From contig CM126228.1 of the NCBI GenBank assembly GCA_052327205.1, positions 25,730,001 to 25,794,000 of the forward strand: a DNA stretch of 64,000 bases, given 5' to 3'. This document shows, piece by piece, positions 53,437 through 64,000 of this stretch (the first letter of the stretch is position 1; each line of letters opens with the position of its first letter). The notes beneath the pieces were generated by a model that saw only the letters and a list, made by a program, of their open reading frames with translations, did no database searches and was not told the DNA's origin. A program made the position numbers and the translations under genes. The stretch is from Somniosus microcephalus (Eukaryota).

Positions 53437-54268
53437 CACCTAAAAGAGTAGCTGTGTGTCCAAACTGTAGTAGCTGTTCCAAGAGAGAATGTGGCCAAGC
53501 TGCAGCAAATCTCCATACAGGTTTTGCAAGATCTGCTATCATTGTAGACTAGGGTTCTTTGTAGCGGAAAATAAGTGCAGCATCAAAGCAGCTGCTGTTC
53601 CTTGCTTCAGAAATGAGGCCATGTGTTTGTTAGAAATCCAAAGGTCGGTCACTATTAGTTGATGAAGGGACATCTTCAAAATATTACACTTAATTTATGG
53701 CATTAGGCTTTATCACTGTGCAGTGAGATTTAAAAAAAAGGCCTAATTTTATCTGATTAATTATCAGCAAGACTCTAAAATTCTGTTTGAGTAAACGAAA
53801 GATAAGACCGGTGGATGAGCAAGTAATGATATAAGTAAATATTAGAATGACTTGTAAACACAGTTAATAGCTTGCCATATTTGCCTTTTGTAAATCATTA
53901 ATGTAATACACTTTTCTTTGGAGTGACCTAAATGCTGGTTGGCTAATGTATGGTAATGCCCATCAGTAAGTGCTCTGGCTATCGTTAAGCCGTTAGTAAT
54001 GGCCTGCTGCTGAATTCATTTTACATGTTACTGTATTAATGAAAATCTATACAGTGACTAGATGTGGACATACCCGGGAAACTGCAGCAGTGCTTCTGGA
54101 TAGGGAACTGATCCTCTTTATCAGCATTAAAGCACATCCCTGCAAATCCCTTTCTGATTCTGGTTGCGCACTGTTTATACCATATCCATGCTAGATAATC
54201 GGATAGAATAAAATATTTTCTGCCAAGACAGTGAAGTAAGTACCCGGAATGAAAATAAAAGCGAAATA

Positions 54269-54599
54269 CAGGAAACTTTGTGATATCCGGTACCGACGGG
54301 ACCGAGCTGTTGCCGATCTATCAAAACTGCCGGACATACAAAGTTAATGTTGAAGCATACGGAGGTTTTCATCTCCGTATCTGACAACAAACACTGTTGC
54401 TTAGCAACAGCTTCTAAACAGTCGGCTGCAAGCGTCTCTAGCTGAAGCTGTTGCTATAGCTACAGACCTTGCAGTGCCTGACTGGGGGGGAAAAAAAAGC
54501 AACGAGAACTAAAAAAAACTTATAGAAAACGGCTCCAGATTTTTGCCGTTAGATCGAGTATTCCGGACATATAACCTCCGGATAAACCAAAGTTTCCTG
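54269..54599 (+). mobile_element. Tc1/mariner-type (Tigger/pogo-like) MITE
   Basis: TIR CAGGAAACTTTGTGATATCCGG / CCGGATAAACCAAAGTTTCCTG, TA TSD; colinear with 43989-44313. Confidence 0.9.
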
Positions 54600-54690
54600 T
54601 ACTGCCGATGCTGGAAATCTGAAATAAAAACAGAAAATGCTGGAAATACTCAGCAGGTCAGGCAGCATCCGTGGAGAGAAAGGAACAAGC

Positions 54691-54725
54691 GTTAACGTTT
54701 CAGGTCGATGACCCTTCGTCAGAAC
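54691..54725 (-). ncRNA. Minimal type I hammerhead ribozyme motif (Penelope-type)
   Basis: Minus strand GUU-CUGACGA-A-GGGUC-AUC-GACCU-GAAAC-GUU-AAC: intact core, helix II, 3-bp helix I, palindromic AACGUU in place of helix III. Confidence 0.7.
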
Positions 54726-55625
54726 CTGAAACGTTAACTCTATTTCTCTCTCCTCAGAAGCTGCCTGACCTGAGTATTTCCAGCATTTTCTGTTTTTATT
54801 CCCGTAATGAAGACTCCCGTCTTAAGGACCCAACTGCTCTGATTCTGCTCTCGCGCTGCTTTACGCAAATAAAACGTTGCAAGAACAAAGGATTTCTACT
54901 TTGGGCATCTTTTGTTTTATTAGATATTCAGAATGTTTGATTGTCTATCCTTATCAGGAATCTGTTGGTTTTCTACATTTCAAAGTGGAAGGCTACCTAG
55001 TGTAGAATTTCTCAAGTTAGTAACTTTATTAGTGTTACAAAAAGATTGCGTAGAACTGTTTTAAAGGGATTGTGAGCAACTTTTAAAATCAAATGATTTT
55101 GTTTTCGAGCATTACACAAAACAAGAGGTCATCTAAATGTGAAGCTTGAGCTGACTAATTTCTCTTCATTTAATCAAATTGTAAGGCAAGATGTGTCTCT
55201 TCATTGATTATTCTCAGAAGAATGAGAATCTCTCAGATGTGTGAGGTCCTTTAGGGTGTAACTAAGTCAAAGGTGCATAGCTTTGAAAAGATGCTTCAAC
55301 TTATCACATGAAAGGGTTGTGAAGGCTGTTGAGAAATTGAAACTGGTCAGCTGAGAAATCAAATTTGAGTGTTTTCACAAAGTCGGATCGGAATGTTTGC
55401 TGATGTTTAATTTTTAAATACAAAATTTCACTGCAATTAATTTGTTTTTAAATTTAAATGCAATATACATATTGCATAGAAGGTACTTTAAAGCCATTTC
55501 ATTCACACTTTATAAATTGAATAGTCTTGTAAAATCATATACTTTTTTAAAATGTGTAAATAATAGTGCCTCTTAAAATATTACAAGAATTGCATGAATC
55601 AATGAGCAAGTTTACTAAACATATG

Positions 55626-56275
55626 GGCCTAGAAATTCGGTGGGCTGCGCCACCAGTTAGCGCCTAAAGAGGGCAATCAGTGGTTTTAGCGGCACTGGCC
55701 ACGCCGCCTGCGATATTTAGCGGGGCGCTAATGGTGGCGTTAGCCTGTAGTGCTGCGCCGCCACCGATGACGTCATCGGTGTGCGCAGCGCCCCGCTACC
55801 GCCCCGATTGCGATATTTGGTCGCGCCCCCCGCTGTAACGCCGGTCGCAATTTGCGACTGGGTCAGGGGGGCCTACCTGCGGCGGTAGTGGCGCTAATTA
55901 AAGGGGAGGTGCGGGGCAGCCATTTTTTTTGCTGGCTGCCTGCCAGCACCACCTCGCGCCGGCCTCCTGAGCGCCCCCCCCCCCCCCCCCCCCCCCCGGG
56001 CAGTGCCGGCTGTGTCCCAAGAGCCCGGCACTTCTCCTCGGTGCCGGGCTCTTTTGCCGGCACTCGCGATCTCGGATCGTGCTGGTGCAGGCCCCTCCCC
56101 TTTAAGAAGGGGAGGAAGGCCTGCAGTACCGCAGCGCGCCGTGGCGCTGAGGCACGTTGCGCTGCGATATTCAGTTTCAGCGCCCCAAGAGGGATGCGGG
56201 GCGCCTCGAGCAGTGCCGCGCTTCCGTTTGGGGCACTGAAACTGAATAAACGGGGTGCCACCGAATTTCTAGGCC
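55626..56275. mobile_element. GC/CpG-rich non-autonomous PIF/Harbinger-like DNA transposon
   Basis: Perfect 18-bp TIR ggcctagaaattcggtgg / ccaccgaatttctaggcc; 3-bp TSD ATG (55623-55625, 56276-56278); repeated gcgatatt motifs. Confidence 0.85.
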
Positions 56276-57479
56276 ATGGAGCCTAATTTTGACATTGGTG
56301 CTGTCAACCAGTGCTATTGATTTTTCTATTCTAAATCGAAACATGTAACATTTAATAGCCAGTTACTTTCTGCTAGTACAAGCGAACTTTAGCATGTTTT
56401 TTTCCCAAGGGTGAAAGGCTTTTTATGCACCATTGTCCCATCCCTTTGCCCAATATTTAAATAGCCCATGCCTCCCTATTGAGGGAGGGGTATTTATACA
56501 TGTGTTGACTGTCTATAGATCTTAACATTCGCCTCCAAACATTTCAACCAACTATTAGTCTCCTACTCTTATCAGTAAAAATGGGCATACTCCGAATCAT
56601 CGACATACCCCATTGTCAAAGTGACATAATTTATATAGATATAAAAATTGTTTTGTTTTTGTTCATATTTTCCCTGGATGAGACTTTAACACATTGGTGC
56701 CAGATGATTTTGCGGCCGGGGGGAAAGGGGCGGAGGAGGAGAGGGGGTTGCAATTTGAATTAGCAAAGTTATTACAGTACACCTTAAGCTTCAAATATCT
56801 CGGATTGAGTTGAGCTTGGTGTCTGCCCAATGTCATTCCTCTTCTCCCCACCAAAAGCTGATATTCGAAAGATTATATAAAACCAGGGCAGAAAATTGCT
56901 TTATTTTAATATTCAGTTTGCTCAGTTCTGACTTTTTTTGGCATGGGAAGAGAAGCAGCTTTCACTGACCGCTAAGAAATAACATTTACAGTATTAATAT
57001 TTTGAGCATGGTTAAAAATTGGGCCAATAAATGATGGAAACTTTTTAATAAACGAATAAAAGATGTTTAATGATATTTCTCGTAGATTATGGAGTCAGGT
57101 CAATTAAAGTGTACTACATTTGAACTAAGATGTTGCGTTGCACCACTGCTCATGATTTGCTCTGTGATTCTATACCTGGCTATATAATCAAAATTGTGCA
57201 TCTGGGTGCATGTTCTTAGGAATTTATAATGGGAAAAAAAACTATGTTCATACTTATAACGGAAACTGCCATATAAACTTCTCATCATTACAAAGTATAA
57301 TCTAGCAATAAGGACCGAACGTATGACTTTAAAAAAGGGACTCTGTTCCAATTATCCCTCTGTTCCTGAAACCCTTTCACCCAAAGACGACAGTTGGCCT
57401 TCAATTCTCTTAACTTTTAAGGATTTATACTGTACACAGCGTTGATAGTTTTTGAAACAACTGTGTGCTTCTTTTGGAA

Positions 57480-57700
57480 GAGATGTTAAACCAAGCCCTG
57501 TCTCCCTGTTCAGATGGATGTAAAAACTTCCATGGCACTAGTCGAGGAAGAGCAGGGAGTTCTCCTGATGTCCTGGTCACAAATTGGCTGCTGCGGTTGC
57601 CTCCATAATACTAGTGACTACACTCCAAAAGTACTTTATTGGTCGAGAGTGCGTTGGGTTGTTCCGAGAACGTAAAAGGGTACTAAAGGTTTTTCTTTTC
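57480..57700 (+). mobile_element. Degenerate, internally deleted Deu-domain SINE
   Basis: gatgttaaacc..ccatggcacta..gaagagcagggagttctcc..aaattggctgc..gtgactacact. Confidence 0.7.
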
Positions 57701-60700
57701 TATTTAATGTGTATAACCAGTATTTTTTTAGACCCCTAACATGTAACAGCAGAGAATGTGGCACTGATGCTACATTTTCATTTGTATTACTAAGTATTAA
57801 CTCCCCAAATTCAGTGGTCCATTTGAGTTTAGGCGGCAATCAGCACAGATCACACCCAGGATCCCAAACAAAGTGCAGTTCTCTCAACTGTAGTTCCCAT
57901 CATCAAATCAGCCCTGGATCATTAGAGGTGCCTGCTTTTTTGGACTGTGGTATGAACACAGATATTAGTTTTTGGAATGACTTTGTTTATTTTTAGTGGT
58001 GAGATATGAAATTCCTTGTTTGCTGTTTGAAGACTTCACATTCTTTAATTATTGGTGCTTGCTATAGAAATCTTACACATGCTTGTTGAGACCTCCTGCC
58101 CCAGTTCAAAAAAAAAACTTCTGAGGAAAATGTTGTCATAAGATTTCCTATTGATAATTCCAAGATCTATTTTTAACTGACAACTTTAGGAAGCCTCTAA
58201 CCCATATAGGAGGGTTGGGAAACAGTACTCACTTTTTTTGGTTGTCTTTTTACCGAATTAATCCCTTCTGAAACGCCAGTCTTGAGTGTGAAGTGAAATT
58301 GACCATTATCTTACAGTAAAGCAGCTTTCCTCTGTTAGTTTTACTTGCCCTAATTCAGATCCCTAAAAGTCTTTCTGGACAAATTGTCTGAATGTATGCT
58401 TAAAAAAAAAAAACTTTTTCAGCCCAAACTTTTTGCTTAAACAACCGATTTAGTAAAATGTACTATGGAGAATTGTGGTTAGATTATTTTGATAGTAAAT
58501 TCTCTCATCATTTCTTTTCCATTGTATTAAAAAGACAAAAAAGTGCCCTCCGTTGCCCTCTCCTCAAAGGCATCAGGATTGGGGCATTTTTGAGCCACAG
58601 ACCAATGGCAATGCCAGTCTTTTCAAAGGATAACCATTCATCCTTCATCTGTGCAAATTCTATACACTTGTGTGTTTATACTGTAGAAGAATTTTATGAA
58701 ATGGTGTTTTTAAAAAAAAAAAAAGTTGCTGTGATTTCCGAGTTATATGGATATTAAACAATTGAGGGATTTGGGCCACCTTAATCAGCTGCTTTGTTCC
58801 TCTTGAAATCCATTAAGCTGAACAGCGTTGAATTACCAGTTATCCAAAATTTAGAAATGTATAAAAATGCACTCTAAATTTTTTTTTGAAAATATAAAAC
58901 TATCAACTGAGAGAGGGAAAAATGTTTCTTAAACACACACACCTTGCAAAGCTAAATCCAAACACAGACTGGCATATGCGCCTCCATAGGCCTCAGGAAA
59001 TATGGGTGACACTTGCCATCCCTTAGGCTGCCAGGAAAACAGATGTAGACTAGTCACCTCTGACCACTAGAGAGTGGAAAATACCCCACCACCAGTGCAT
59101 CGGGGGAAATGATGCTTATTCACCAATGCCGGTAGTGTCCCCTGGCTCATTTGAACAGATCTTTCTACGTCCGGAATTAGGCCCAACCCCCAACCGCAAC
59201 GCCAGAGTTAAAAGGACTCCTTTACTCGTATTGCAGTTACTCGAGTACCATTGAGAGGACACTGATGGCAGCTATTTAAGTCTAAATTAACTTTGATTAA
59301 AAGGAAACATTAAAATCCAACATAAAAAACAAACGTCTTCAGAATGAATGTTTGATTTGTTCATTTGTGACATAACTTTAATAATCCCGTCTCGGTGAGG
59401 CAATTTTATATAAACTACATTGAGTGAAAAGTTGATGGTGAAAAACACGTTTCCATTTAACAGTAGATTCTTAAAAGTAAAAATGCAAATCTCTAAGTCG
59501 TGCTAAATTGTGCAGTGCTGAACGAGTCGCAGCTGTAGAGAGGCAGAAGTAATGTTGAGAAGAAAGTTATTGCAGATAGTGAAGTTGTGTAGTTAAGTTT
59601 GAATACTTGTGTCCAATAGTTCTGTTCTTTGTATCAGGCACAAGGTTGTTGTCTTAATTTAACCAGTTTGATAAATGTAAGTTTTCATTCTATTACAAGG
59701 TCACAATGGTAGTTAACCCATGAAAAACTAATAGAGCCGTGTTGATTCTGGAAGAAAATGTATTTCTAGGCCTGAGGGCACAGATTGGACAAAGTGGATA
59801 TCTCCCTTTTCCCAGTGTCTTAACACTGCTATTTACAATGGTTTATGTTACATACTGAAATATCAGCTGGACCTCAATTACTCTGTACTGGGTGAGTTAC
59901 TTATAATGTTGCAAATGATTCTGTCATTTCTAGACCACCCTTAATGATTTTTTTTCTCTCTTTTGGTGGTGTTATCTTGATTAAGGTTTTTTTCACTTCA
60001 AAATAACACTGCCCAGTAGAAAAGGAACCATTTATTTTGGGAGATGGGGGTGGGGTGAAGAGTGTTTGACCCTGAAGGCCTTCAAAGGGGGCAGAACAAA
60101 GGCTCAAGATAGGCAGGATTACACAAATAAATCATAAACATCAGGTGACCATGAAGAAGTGGAAGGATTTACAATGGGAGCAGCAATTAAATCTCTCAAA
60201 CCTGGTTTACACTACAATTGCAAATTTGAGTTTGTTGAGCCACAATAAATGGTTTGATGTAGACGGGGAGGAATTATTCATTCCCAGTTTGGTTTGGGGT
60301 ATAAACTCTCACCTCTGGCTGCTGCTGCCAGATCGGACATTTGCTGTATCAGGCACACTGTGCACATCTCTCTCTCTCTCTCTCTCCTTCTCCTTTGTTT
60401 GGCAAATGTAAATACAGTATGTGTCAAACTGATCATTTTATCTTGAATGAAGGCACTGCAGTAAATGTAGAGTGAGTTTGTGCCCTTAGTATGAATCGCC
60501 TGTAAATGAATGGAATGTGGCCTGCTATAGGTATAAATTTATCCCCATGTGCTGTGCCGTGTTTACTGTGCTGCAAAATGGGGCAAATGTTTTAATAGCT
60601 TTTTATGAATGGGTTACTTTTGAGTGAGTTTGTTGTTACTTGTATTGATGGTCAGCACCTAGATGTACATGCACTGATTTCTCAAATTAAATACAGCAAT

Positions 60701-61839
60701 ATCTGTAGCCCAGTTGTTATGAGTAGAAAAACTAACCTTTTTAGGAGGTTTCTGTAACATCATACAGCTTACTTTAGGCTTTGTTGTGTCACTACTCCCT
60801 TTACAGTCCCCCAGATCTCAGTCTCTCAATTGCTTCAAAAGCAGGCTTTAGTCAAGGCAGATTCTAAGCGTGTCAAAGGGCATGGCCCAGATGTCACCAT
60901 CTAACATGGTTGGATTCTTTCCTGCATAATTGCTGCAGCTTTATTGTATTCTGAGAATGGGCTTGGGGCACTGTATTCACCCCAGCAGGCTAGCCCACTG
61001 GACTGTTGCAGGACAATATACTGTGAGCTCGCTAGAAACTGGACAGCATAGAAGGCAGCAACTTTTTGCTTGCCGTCAAAACTTTATCCTGGATCGCAGG
61101 CTAGAATTGTGCAGGCCTTATTAGGATAAGCCCCATCTTGTGTTAAGTACTCAGCTAAAAAACACTGGCTGTAAATTTTCTGTGCAGGCACTGTTTTTGC
61201 CTTGTCTAGCCAGCCCTTATCTGTTGCTTGGTCCCAGAGGGGACCTGTTTAGAGCTGAGAGGTCTGGTTTTTCAGGGGTTTGCCTTTGTCTTTATCACCA
61301 CTAAATGAAGGTTAGTGTGGGTGGAATGACCCTTCAGAAAAACATTTCTCCATGGTTTTGACCCCAGATTCATCTTATTTTTTTCCCCTTACTGTTGACC
61401 TGCTAGCCTTTTTTTTTTGAAGGACTTTGGAGATTTGCAAATATTTCTAACAGAAGAGAGAATCGCCACCTTTTTGAAGCAAAGCTATTTACAGCTTGTC
61501 ACTGGGAATGAATGGTTAGCAAACATTTGCTGGCAATGATGCATTTGGCAAGTAGTCCAAAATGCTTTGCTGACATGTTGGTGCAACTTTTAATTGAACA
61601 ATTACCAGTCCCCTAGACTCTCCAATGCAGTGCTTTACTGATACTGAAAGAGAAAAGTCTAAGTACACTGTTTTCATTTATACCGCAAGTTAGGACTCCT
61701 GTTCACACCGCTATAGTTCGTTCATGATTGAGGTGAATGAGTGGAAGGTTACTAATAGAAAACAAAGGGCAATTTTTACAGATCCAAATGAGATTTTGAG
61801 GATAGCAGATGAGTGACATTTCTCAGCATATGAACAGAC

Positions 61840-62110
61840 TAGCTGGCTTCAGTGTCTCTGGGCTAGGGAAAGGAAAAGTCAGCCAGAGTTCCTGCTTCTG
61901 ATTGACCACTGCTGTAAAATGTATGTGGACATCTGATGATGGGGCTTTACTGTGATGGACCCCAAAGTCAAATAGCACGTCAATATTCACGGTTGAGGTG
62001 CACACTGAATATTGAGCCCTTGGACAAGGCACCAGAGGACCGCTGCTGCCCGCTGTACTGCACCACGCAAGAGCCACCAACTTCTGGGAAAACCATGGGG
62101 ATAAAAGGAA
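61840..62110 (+). mobile_element. Degenerate old SINE-like copy
   Basis: ctgggctagggaaaggaaaagtcagccagagttcctgcttctgatt...tcaaatagc...ttggacaaggcacc as in 40458 family. Confidence 0.55.
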
Positions 62111-62229
62111 AGACTAAAAAAAAAATCACAACTGATGATTCATCGTGGTGCAGCCACAAATATGTTTAATCACATGGATCACTAGTTGTGAAAACACGAT
62201 TGCTCTCCTGTACCCGCCTCTACTGCACT

Positions 62230-62660
62230 ATCACCCCCCAGTTTCTGACCCATCTCTCCAAGCTGCTGAGTCTTGCTGAGGTCCAGTTCTATGGGTGCCA
62301 GCAAGCCTCTGGTGCCATGCCAAATTAGCCATTCTTCATTTGGCAGCATGGATAGCTAGGGTCGACTCTGGGGTGGGGGTGGGGTCAATCCAGTTCTCAT
62401 CTGACATTAACACATCTGAACTATGGGACACAAGTCACTGGATGGTGATCAGTAGTGGGAGCTCTGATTAACTTATGCTTTCCCCCCCCACCCCTTCTGC
62501 CCTCACCTATCCGAGGGGTGCTTGGCTCAATTTTACCATCCCAACTTCTACCCTGGCTGAAATCAGCAACTTGGCACAGGCCCATTAATCAAACCTAGGG
62601 CTTTTGGGAAGGATATTACTTAGGATAACACAGGGTGGTATCTTTACCCACTGGACTTAC
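62230..62660 (-). mobile_element. Degenerate old SINE-like copy (reverse)
   Basis: ggtgccatgccaaattagccattcttcat..gtcactggatggtgatcagtagtgggagctctgatt..tttacccactgga are reverse complements of family motifs. Confidence 0.5.
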
Positions 62661-63429
62661 GGGAGAGCTAAAACTGAATTTTTCCAAATAACCACTTTTT
62701 TTTTTTTACAGGTGTGGCTACAGCATTCTAATCTGGCAGACTGGTACCAGAAATCGTGCACTCTGTCACTGTGGGACATTGAAGATACAGTGCAGTAAAA
62801 TCTTACCATGGGACGTTGCTAAGATCATTTATGATCACAACAATAATGTATCATGTTTTTATTTGGCAGGAAGGGAGGATTAACACCAACAAACATTTCA
62901 TAAAAGCCTTTCTGATAGTGCAATTGAAGAAAAAGTATACCATGTGAAAGCTTAATTTTTTTCCCCAAACATCATCTTATTCTAAGGAAGTTTTCTAAGT
63001 AAAAGTTTGTCATCCAGCAACTCCTCTATGTTGCAGGTTTGAAACCTAGCTTTGAACTACTCATACTTGCTAAAGTAGGCATGACACATTGGTTTACAAA
63101 TGCCCTGAGCCAGCTAGGATATGGGTTTTATTCCCATTACTGCCTAGAATTCATATTTTCTCTGTTTCCTTCCTCTCCTTCAAGCCATAGTTCATGTTGT
63201 GATACAGTTTCAAGGGTGGCAACCGTTCTCCATTACTTCCCCACGTGGCTGTTCTTCGCATTGTTTGACCGCTGCCAAGCCTAATCCTGTTCTTAGCTGA
63301 GAACCCCACACGTGCTTTCCAATAGGTTCACTGAATAGCAGTCCAGAGCAGAAACCTTGGCTGATTTCTGTTTTCCCCGCTCCCTGCCTTACCCTGTTTC
63401 CTAAATTACAACTTCCAAAAAAAAAAAAA

Positions 63430-63512
63430 AAAAGTACTTCACTGGCTATTAAAGCGCTTTGGGACATCCTGATGTCATGAATGGCACTATAGAAAGGCAA
63501 TCATTTTTCTTT
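63430..63512 (+). mobile_element. Deu-domain SINE 3' tail fragment
   Basis: aaaagtacttcactggctattaaagcgctttgggacatcctgatgtcatgaatggcactatagaaa. Confidence 0.7.
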
Positions 63513-64000
63513 TACCCTATGGAAACAGAAATGCACTGTAGCATTTCCACCTTATCCAGCTGAGACCAACGAACTCCTCACAGACAAGGATTCCTTTGTG
63601 TCACAGCAGGTAGTGCATTTATCCATTGACCTATTTGGGGGGGCCAATGCAAGCTTCTGATCTAAACCTGGGCAGGTGCTCAGAGCAACCAAGGCACTTC
63701 CCAAAAAGGAGGGAATATTGGAGGTACTCCACTCAGAGTGATGCATGTCTGGAGTGTGTCCTGGGGGAGATGTGAAAAGTGGGGGTGAAGTAACCCAATA
63801 GTGGGCATGGGGCATTGAACTTGCATGTCTTTGTGTCCTTCTTTAATTCCCACTTGGGTGCAGGACAACAACTGGCAATCCCAAAAATAGGCATGGGAGA
63901 GTCTTATCCTGATTAAGTTCCACAGGTGGTTGTTGGGTGGCACAGGTAAGCTCCAACCTGCTGCAGTATAATGCTAGAAGCTATCGGGTAAATGCTTTGT

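Larger units (their letters stand above)
54254..54800. mobile_element. Palindromic Penelope-like pseudo-LTR remnant, interrupted by a MITE
   Basis: Arms about 54623-54705 and 54724-54800; same family as 5597-5815; flanking direct repeat cccggaatgaa / cccgtaatgaa (54243-54253, 54801-54811). Confidence 0.78.

Noticed and set aside
55852-56286. Overlapping ORFs on both strands and a CpG-island promoter of a host gene
   Set aside because: Contained within TIR/TSD-bounded GC-rich transposon; open frames reflect GC content
44624-64000. Next PRTG exon (expected DPRRKYHV-like)
   Set aside because: No matching spliceable frame found by eye or in the ORF track; probably beyond the window

Overview
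Eukaryotic (cartilaginous fish, probably shark) genomic DNA. The + strand carries nine consecutive coding exons (29357-44623, 1647 nt spliced, all with GT-AG boundaries) of protogenin (PRTG; DCC/neogenin-like Ig + fibronectin type III receptor), equivalent to exons 3-11 (Ig2-Ig4, FN3-1, FN3-2, start of FN3-3). No further PRTG exon was seen in 1-29356 or 44624-64000, so both flanks are probably long introns. Nearly all other ORF-track entries are transposon remnants or noise. The introns contain CR1 LINEs (one near full length with SGNH-esterase ORF1), RTE, Vingi-like and L2 fragments, many Deu-domain SINEs (SacSINE1-like), an LF-SINE-like relic, Harbinger-like and Tigger/pogo-like MITEs. Most notable: small Penelope-type insertions with target-site duplications that carry minimal hammerhead-ribozyme motifs (5597-5815, 8207-8279, 54254-54800), a near-perfect 101-bp-arm hairpin at 154-370, a MITE family carrying RFX X-box-like palindromes next to exons, an AG|GTATGT recursive-splice-like start of the first exon, and a frame-preserving candidate cassette exon inside a Harbinger-like element. 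Family names and exon numbering are from recall of consensus features, not database searches; repeat boundaries are approximate unless TSDs/TIRs are given.
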